DNA of 64,000 bases from Candidatus Aminicenantes bacterium (lineage in GTDB: Bacteria; Acidobacteriota; Aminicenantia; Aminicenantales; Aminicenantaceae): NCBI GenBank assembly GCA_016783445.1, contig JADHWO010000005.1:1707-65706 (forward strand), written 5' to 3'. This document shows, in pieces, positions 59,401-64,000 of the stretch (positions are counted from its first letter, which is position 1; every line of letters begins with the position of its first letter). The notes beneath the pieces were generated by a model. It was not told the origin of the DNA and did no database searches. It worked only from the letters and a program-made list of their open reading frames with translations. Position numbers and translations under genes: made by a program.

Positions 59401-61583
59401 CTACAGAGTCTACCCCTGTTGGTTCGGCATCGCTCTTTATTTTGCCTGACCCCCTGCCTTCGGGCGTAAGAGCAGGCGAGGTATTTCCTCCTACCTCTCT
59501 GAGAGCGATCGGCGGGACCCTGGCAGAAGGGGCTGACTACTCCTGGACTCTAATAAGCGGTGCAATACCTGAGGATATGACTCTTATTGGAAACTTCCTC
59601 TCCGGAACACCGAGAAGAATCGGTCCTTTCTCTTTCACTATAGAAGTCAGAGATGATGATCCGGAGCACAGCGATACACATACCTTCTCAGGTGTGATTC
59701 TCCCTCCATATCCCCTTATATTGAACATAACGACACAGGAAGGGTATGATTTGGGAACGGAGACAGGATATTATGAAAATAAAGTATCCTTTACACCAAG
59801 TGACGGTGTGGCTCCTTATACTTGGTCTTTCACTGGTGCTCCTTTCCTAAGCCTGATTCCTAGATTCGGTGGAAATCCAGGCGAGATGCAGCTCGTCGGT
59901 ACACTCGAGGCGGGAGAATGGGACATCACCGTTAAGGTCACCGATGACAGGCTTCCCTTGGATGTGGATGCGTTCGCAACACAATCCTTTAAACTGTGTG
60001 TCGAGCCCCTGCCATTAGAAATCAACCTGCCGAATGCAACTGATCTGGAGTGGTCATTGGGCACTTCCCACAGCGTCCAGATCTCGGTCAGCAACGCAAA
60101 GTTGCAGCCTATATGGACTGTAAACGGCCTTCCTGACGGATTCAGTATGGATATAACCGGCTCTCCGATTGAATTAACGGGATTGCCGGTCTTCGATCCA
60201 GCTAAGGACTACCCCGCAACTTACACGGTGACGGTAGAGGTCACTGATCCGTTTACATGGTGCGGCTTAGGGCCGAGAACAGAATCCGCAACCTTTAACA
60301 TTATTATTAAACCGAAATCTCCTGAGTGGGTGTTTGAAGAAACCACAGGCGGAGTGGCCACAGCTGTCACAGCTGATCCGGGTGGAAACGCCTATGTTAC
60401 CGGCTATACGGGCACTGAGGGAAACAGGGATTATTTCACTGTTATGTATAACACGGAAGGTGCCAGACAGTGGAGTGTGCTATATAATGGTTCAGCCAAC
60501 GGAGACGATGTCCCCACAGCTATCTCTGCGGATGCAACAGGCGTTTACGTGACCGGTTTTAGCGAAGGGACCACATCCGGCAAGGATATCTTTACCGTGA
60601 AATACAACCCGAACGGAAGCCAGGCATGGGAGGCCCGGTATGACGGTCCGTCTCACATGGGAGACGAACCTAACGCCATTACGCTCGACGGGGCTAATGT
60701 CTATGTAGCAGGATTCGTACACAGAGGAAATAAGACGGCGCACAAAGACTACACTATCATCAAATATGGCAAGGACACCGGAAGTGAGGTCTGGGACGCC
60801 AGATATGACTCCCGCAGGAACGGAATGGACGAGGCAACGGCTATTGCTGTTGACACCCAGGGGAATGTCTATGTCACAGGAAAGAGCCAGGAAAGCTCCA
60901 ACACTGGAGAGCCGAAGAGTTTTGACTATCTGACGCTCAAGTACAACCGCTCAGGCCGCCTACAATGGGAAGTCCGTGACAACGGAAGCTTCTTTGGTGA
61001 TGATGAGCCAACGGCCATCGCTGTCGACGAGTCCGGGTATATCTATGTAACAGGGCAGGAGAATATTGGAGCAAACGACACCAACTTCTACACGGTCAAG
61101 TATAATTCCGAGGGGCAACCTGTCTGGAGTGCTGGTCAAAGCTATGGAGGGCCTGGAGAAGATAGAGCCCTTGATGTAGCTTTTGATGATGAGGGCAATG
61201 TATATGTGACCGGAAAGTTCATGGGAACAGAAGGCTATGATTACGCAACAATTAAGTACCTCTCAGCTGGTGGAACCCCATCATGGACTGAAGTTTATGC
61301 CAGCGGAAATGAAGACGATATGCCCGTTGGTCTGGCGCTCAGCTTGGAAAGCGGTACAGGATTCGTCTTTGTGGCCGGATTCAAGACCACTCAGAGTAAC
61401 GGAAAGGATTTCTTCAGCATCAAGTACAATGCATCAGATGGGAGTATAGCCTGGATAGCCCAGTATAACAGCGGATCAAGCACAGATGATGAAGCCACGG
61501 CCATGTTTATGAACGAAACGGGTCTTTATGTGACCGGGTTCAGCCCGAACGGCTTTCTCACAGTGAAGTACACAAAGCAGTAA
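56499..61583 (+). CDS. Large secreted multidomain protein: BNR/sialidase-like propeller, NPNIT repeat, Ig-like domains, SBBP-type beta-propeller
   Basis: Signal peptide; Asp-box motifs SYDGGQSW, SENGGDTW, SDDHGRTF; He_PIG-like LSGTP; repeated AIAVD..GNVYVTG...DY.T.KY. Confidence 0.8.
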   Translation: MPKHKLGFILLFVVAFLIATGIPIISHNSGQNGDLFQTLIAGRNVNMVSDDPYLQRQNEPSLAVSTLNSRHLLAGANDYLLIDKAGNTTEEVTIDAWLGVYKSYDGGQSWESDLVPGYSIEHDSPLAGLEAAADPTIRAGINGWFYYSGIAFERARNGKSVVFVARYRDNGSSIDYVDTTVIDEGTSGQFQDKPWIGTDKDNRVYIIYSMFLGEIDQNIHTKILIARSENGGDTWGSPSKLSESHQKNQGTTFAVDPNNGTIYVAWRRFPAPNVTHAILIAKSDDHGRTFTKAQEVATIDYEFDQPTMGSQFGASQFRTNAYPTITIDEDSRIYLAWTQRISELGDARIVITSLAGSDWGSSWSSAETVEPLSIDDPRQDGELNMPCHQLMPTITYGAGKLMLAWYDTRFSARRYDEFGALRPNAPSSSPWIRDGETPYRETVDVRLAQADPGPSPNFGESIQVSRYLWVLEDDPDNSEGEPMYRLRQGQFNPPNYKMFSGGTVPFHGDYIDIAHSPDDPFTFYVTWTDNRDVKPPGDDGFWGDYTPPEKFIPGNDCISNPNTHLVGMRNQNIYCSRITRGIEIGTLNNNQAPGNNSFVIFVNNLLNPPDPADPYASLTFELSILYSATASFSPEETLTDIFVSVPYYSSIVRQVFVSGSAGDSVIVRVWNEETGFDDEIYLNLIAGGIPSGSASLVLDGTTKIDWSDPELIATLNPNITNPNIDNPNITNPNITNPNITNPNITNPNITNPNITNPNITNPNITNPNIDNPNITNPNITNPNIDNPNITNPNITNPNITNPNITNIPPSGTKIADKVWSVHNEGDAFSAYTFKGIAGDTLPDDEFIFTQLLIYKVHYTHSTNGCYLMTEAHHELLVNIVSPFITTDTTNLNINKFLGDPEAWNSDINNTTFSLAPGEYAVLILRVIDTKPNRENQSVTTSGTRELSSLDPAQITYDEAGSVVVSHTSTESTPVGSASLFILPDPLPSGVRAGEVFPPTSLRAIGGTLAEGADYSWTLISGAIPEDMTLIGNFLSGTPRRIGPFSFTIEVRDDDPEHSDTHTFSGVILPPYPLILNITTQEGYDLGTETGYYENKVSFTPSDGVAPYTWSFTGAPFLSLIPRFGGNPGEMQLVGTLEAGEWDITVKVTDDRLPLDVDAFATQSFKLCVEPLPLEINLPNATDLEWSLGTSHSVQISVSNAKLQPIWTVNGLPDGFSMDITGSPIELTGLPVFDPAKDYPATYTVTVEVTDPFTWCGLGPRTESATFNIIIKPKSPEWVFEETTGGVATAVTADPGGNAYVTGYTGTEGNRDYFTVMYNTEGARQWSVLYNGSANGDDVPTAISADATGVYVTGFSEGTTSGKDIFTVKYNPNGSQAWEARYDGPSHMGDEPNAITLDGANVYVAGFVHRGNKTAHKDYTIIKYGKDTGSEVWDARYDSRRNGMDEATAIAVDTQGNVYVTGKSQESSNTGEPKSFDYLTLKYNRSGRLQWEVRDNGSFFGDDEPTAIAVDESGYIYVTGQENIGANDTNFYTVKYNSEGQPVWSAGQSYGGPGEDRALDVAFDDEGNVYVTGKFMGTEGYDYATIKYLSAGGTPSWTEVYASGNEDDMPVGLALSLESGTGFVFVAGFKTTQSNGKDFFSIKYNASDGSIAWIAQYNSGSSTDDEATAMFMNETGLYVTGFSPNGFLTVKYTKQ
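58644..58913 (+). repeat. 18 tandem 15-bp units encoding NPNI(T/D)
   Basis: Counted from the DNA: 15 NPNIT and 3 NPNID (units 2, 11, 14), with synonymous third-position variation. Confidence 0.95.
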
Positions 61584-61619
61584 TACGTACGGAATACTTT
61601 TAATATTTAGTAAAAAAAT

Positions 61620-64000
61620 TCAGAAAGAAATTAATCGTTTGCGGGCATCCTGAACCATCGGATCCCCCTCATCCTTTTCTTTGATTTCTAGGAATTTCTT
61701 GTAAGATTTGGAAGCAGCGTTGCTGCCCAAACCCTCCTGAGCCCGCCCGAGGCAGTAGTAGACCGGGGGCAGATAGAAATAGGATGGCATATCATGAAAA
61801 AACAGCGCAGCAGCTTCCCCACGCCGTTTCAGGCATATATCAAATTCTGAATGAGCCTCAGCAAAAGCTTCTACCCTGAGGTATGCCCGTCCTTGGGCAA
61901 AATGTCCAAACCATGTATCCAATAAACTCTTTGCTTCATTAAATAGCCTGATAGCTCCACTCGTTTCACCTTTTTCTAAAAGTATCTCTCCCTGAATTAT
62001 CTTTCCATATGCCTGAGGCTCTGGGTAAAGGCTCTCATTAAGTTCTGCCGCGAGCACATCTGCTTTATCCAGCAATCCAGCACGGATATAGATCTGTGCG
62101 GCTGGGAAAAGAACATCTACTTCTCTACTTATAGCAATTGCCTTGTCGGCAGCATCAATCGCACGGGATTTCTGTCCAAGAAGAAGAAATGGATGAGCAA
62201 GCATGGTCCATTTAATAGCAGCGAGGTCTTTCCGGCCGTTTTCGAGATCAGCTTTAATTCCACTCTCGAGGATCTTTGTAGCATCATTCAAACGGCCCTC
62301 ATAAAGAGCTACATCGGCTAAACCAGTAGCAGCCAATGATGCTCCCCATACACTTATGGGCTCAAGTGTCCTGTATGTCTCTATTGCTTGAGCGGATCGT
62401 CCTTGTGCCAGTTCCGCCAGCGCCTTAGCCACAAAGGCTTTTTCGTATTCAGGAGAACCCTCCAGCACTTTTTGGACTTGTTGTTCTGCCATCTCGAAAT
62501 CGCCTGCCCCAATAGCATACCAAACCAGATTGTATCGTGAATTAAAGTTTTTCGGAAAAAACTCGACGGTCCTGAGTCCCTGCTCGACTGCTTGCTTCAT
62601 GTCTCTGGCAAAAAAATATGCTAGGGCAAGATTTAGATTTCCAGCAGCATCAGCAGGAAACTGTTTTACAAGAGTGTTGAGTTCTTCGATAGCTTTTTGA
62701 TTATTTCCCGTCAGCAAAAACCAGGTACTTCGAGTTTTGTATATTTCCCGATCATTCATTCGGTCGAGATGGGCCAAAGCTTTACTGTGATATTCCTCAG
62801 CTTTTTTACGATCGCCTAATGCATAATAAATTAATGCCAAACCGGAGTACGCTCGCCCAAATTCCGGATCTTCTTCGATGGCCCGAAGATATTCATTGAT
62901 GGATTCATCCTTCTTGCCACTGTTTTTAAGTTCCTGTGCAAGCACATAAGCCCTCATGGCTACTAGTGAGGTAGTAGTAAAAGTTTCTTTTTCTGAATCT
63001 GCTGGAATACCACCCAGTTCTGATCTCAATTCGGCGGCAAGGCTGCCAACCGCCTTATACCAATCGGCTTTTGTTTTAATATCTTCAGAGGTCTCAACAA
63101 CTGTCTCGTTTTTAACAGTATCCAGTGCTCGGACCCTAATTGTATATCCCTTCTGGCTTTGCTCAATTGATCCGTCTACAACCACATTGATGTCTTCCCT
63201 TGCTGAGATAAGCTGGGCCTGCTGAGTATCAAGCCGCCCCTTAGTACTGGGATCCAATTGTGCTAAAAGCCTTCGTGCCTTCGAACGTTTGTAAATATCT
63301 ATAAAGGAGGCATCTTCCAAACCGATAACCAAAGATTGTTCGAGAGCACCATCAAAAACAGTGTCCCCAGTTTGATTCTGGAAATCGGCAACAAGTACTG
63401 TTATTGGTTCCGGTGCTGCTTCAGGCGTAGTAACCGCTCCACGGCGAGAAAGCCACCAGACACCTGTTAGCAGCATAACTAGTATTAAGATTGTTCCAAC
63501 CATAACCTGCCAGCGGCGGAAAATATGCCAACCAACTCCAATAGTCTCTGCTTGGATTTTCCGAATATCGACGGCTAGTTCCACGATACTTTCATACCGA
63601 TCTTTAGGATTTTTAGCTACGGCTTTACGTAAAATAGGGCTCAATGCTGGTATCACTTTTTTTGGTCTTACTTTAAGGTGAGGTGGGGGGTCCCGGAGAA
63701 TAGCGCTCAGGGTCTCAATAGCACTTGGGCGGGAAAAAGGATGTTCTCCTGATATCATCTCATAGAGCATAATCCCTAAAGAAAAGATATCACTCTTCCT
63801 ATCAACATTTTCACCACGAGCTTGTTCAGGAGACATATAGCCCAATGTACCTGATATAGCGCCCTCCTCTGTGGCTGAGGCCTGTGTGATCGTTTTGGTT
63901 AACTCATCTTCGTTTGAAAAAACCCGCTTTGCCAGGCCAAAATCCATGACTTTGACATGGCTGTGAGGTGTGAGCATTATGTTTTCAGGCTTTAAATCGC
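61620..64000 (-). CDS. Hanks-type Ser/Thr kinase with TM segment and extracytoplasmic TPR domain, 5' truncated by window edge
   Basis: Frame extends to the edge with RDLKPEN; DFGLAK, GTLGYMSPEQ, DIFSLG; TM ~WQVMVGTILILVMLLTGVWW; multiple TPRs. Confidence 0.9.
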   Translation of the reverse strand, partial: DLKPENIMLTPHSHVKVMDFGLAKRVFSNEDELTKTITQASATEEGAISGTLGYMSPEQARGENVDRKSDIFSLGIMLYEMISGEHPFSRPSAIETLSAILRDPPPHLKVRPKKVIPALSPILRKAVAKNPKDRYESIVELAVDIRKIQAETIGVGWHIFRRWQVMVGTILILVMLLTGVWWLSRRGAVTTPEAAPEPITVLVADFQNQTGDTVFDGALEQSLVIGLEDASFIDIYKRSKARRLLAQLDPSTKGRLDTQQAQLISAREDINVVVDGSIEQSQKGYTIRVRALDTVKNETVVETSEDIKTKADWYKAVGSLAAELRSELGGIPADSEKETFTTTSLVAMRAYVLAQELKNSGKKDESINEYLRAIEEDPEFGRAYSGLALIYYALGDRKKAEEYHSKALAHLDRMNDREIYKTRSTWFLLTGNNQKAIEELNTLVKQFPADAAGNLNLALAYFFARDMKQAVEQGLRTVEFFPKNFNSRYNLVWYAIGAGDFEMAEQQVQKVLEGSPEYEKAFVAKALAELAQGRSAQAIETYRTLEPISVWGASLAATGLADVALYEGRLNDATKILESGIKADLENGRKDLAAIKWTMLAHPFLLLGQKSRAIDAADKAIAISREVDVLFPAAQIYIRAGLLDKADVLAAELNESLYPEPQAYGKIIQGEILLEKGETSGAIRLFNEAKSLLDTWFGHFAQGRAYLRVEAFAEAHSEFDICLKRRGEAAALFFHDMPSYFYLPPVYYCLGRAQEGLGSNAASKSYKKFLEIKEKDEGDPMVQDARKRLISF

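Noticed and set aside
372-63225. Numerous short antisense or out-of-frame ORFs in the track (e.g. 861-1292, 7424-8011, 20626-21162, 22822-23442)
   Set aside because: They overlap well-supported genes and have no recognisable motifs

Overview
AT-rich bacterial chromosome window from a probable anaerobe. Gene content and order resemble Aminicenantes/Acidobacteriota, but that is an inference. Housekeeping genes: SPOR protein, lnt, prfB (programmed +1 frameshift), mazG, ribF, pyrRBC, rnc, glyQS, gcvT-H-PA-PB, argS and a GldAFG/DUF4340 ABC system. Five accessory or unusual items stand out. (1) A ~12 kb operon interleaves HdrCB, a four-subunit 2-oxoacid:ferredoxin oxidoreductase, HdrA, an MvhD/Flx-like module and a soluble fumarate-reductase pair, suggesting an electron-bifurcating module for the reductive TCA steps. 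(2) A 10.9 kb defence island with no integrase is bounded by a perfect 131-bp direct repeat of the argS promoter and first codons. It carries a GHKL ATPase, a type I R-M system with an embedded nucleotidyltransferase/wHTH pair, an M48 peptidase and RadC. (3) Small repeats are nested: GTAG-type REP hairpins, a MITE with an 8-bp target duplication inserted into a REP, and a highly structured ~330-bp repeat whose two ends co-vary. (4) An operon joins DUF362, a Tat-signal radical SAM enzyme and a membrane spermidine-synthase-like protein. (5) A GC-richer 1694-aa secreted protein with 18 NPNI(T/D) repeats lies next to a Ser/Thr kinase-TPR gene. I found no rRNA, tRNA or CRISPR array.
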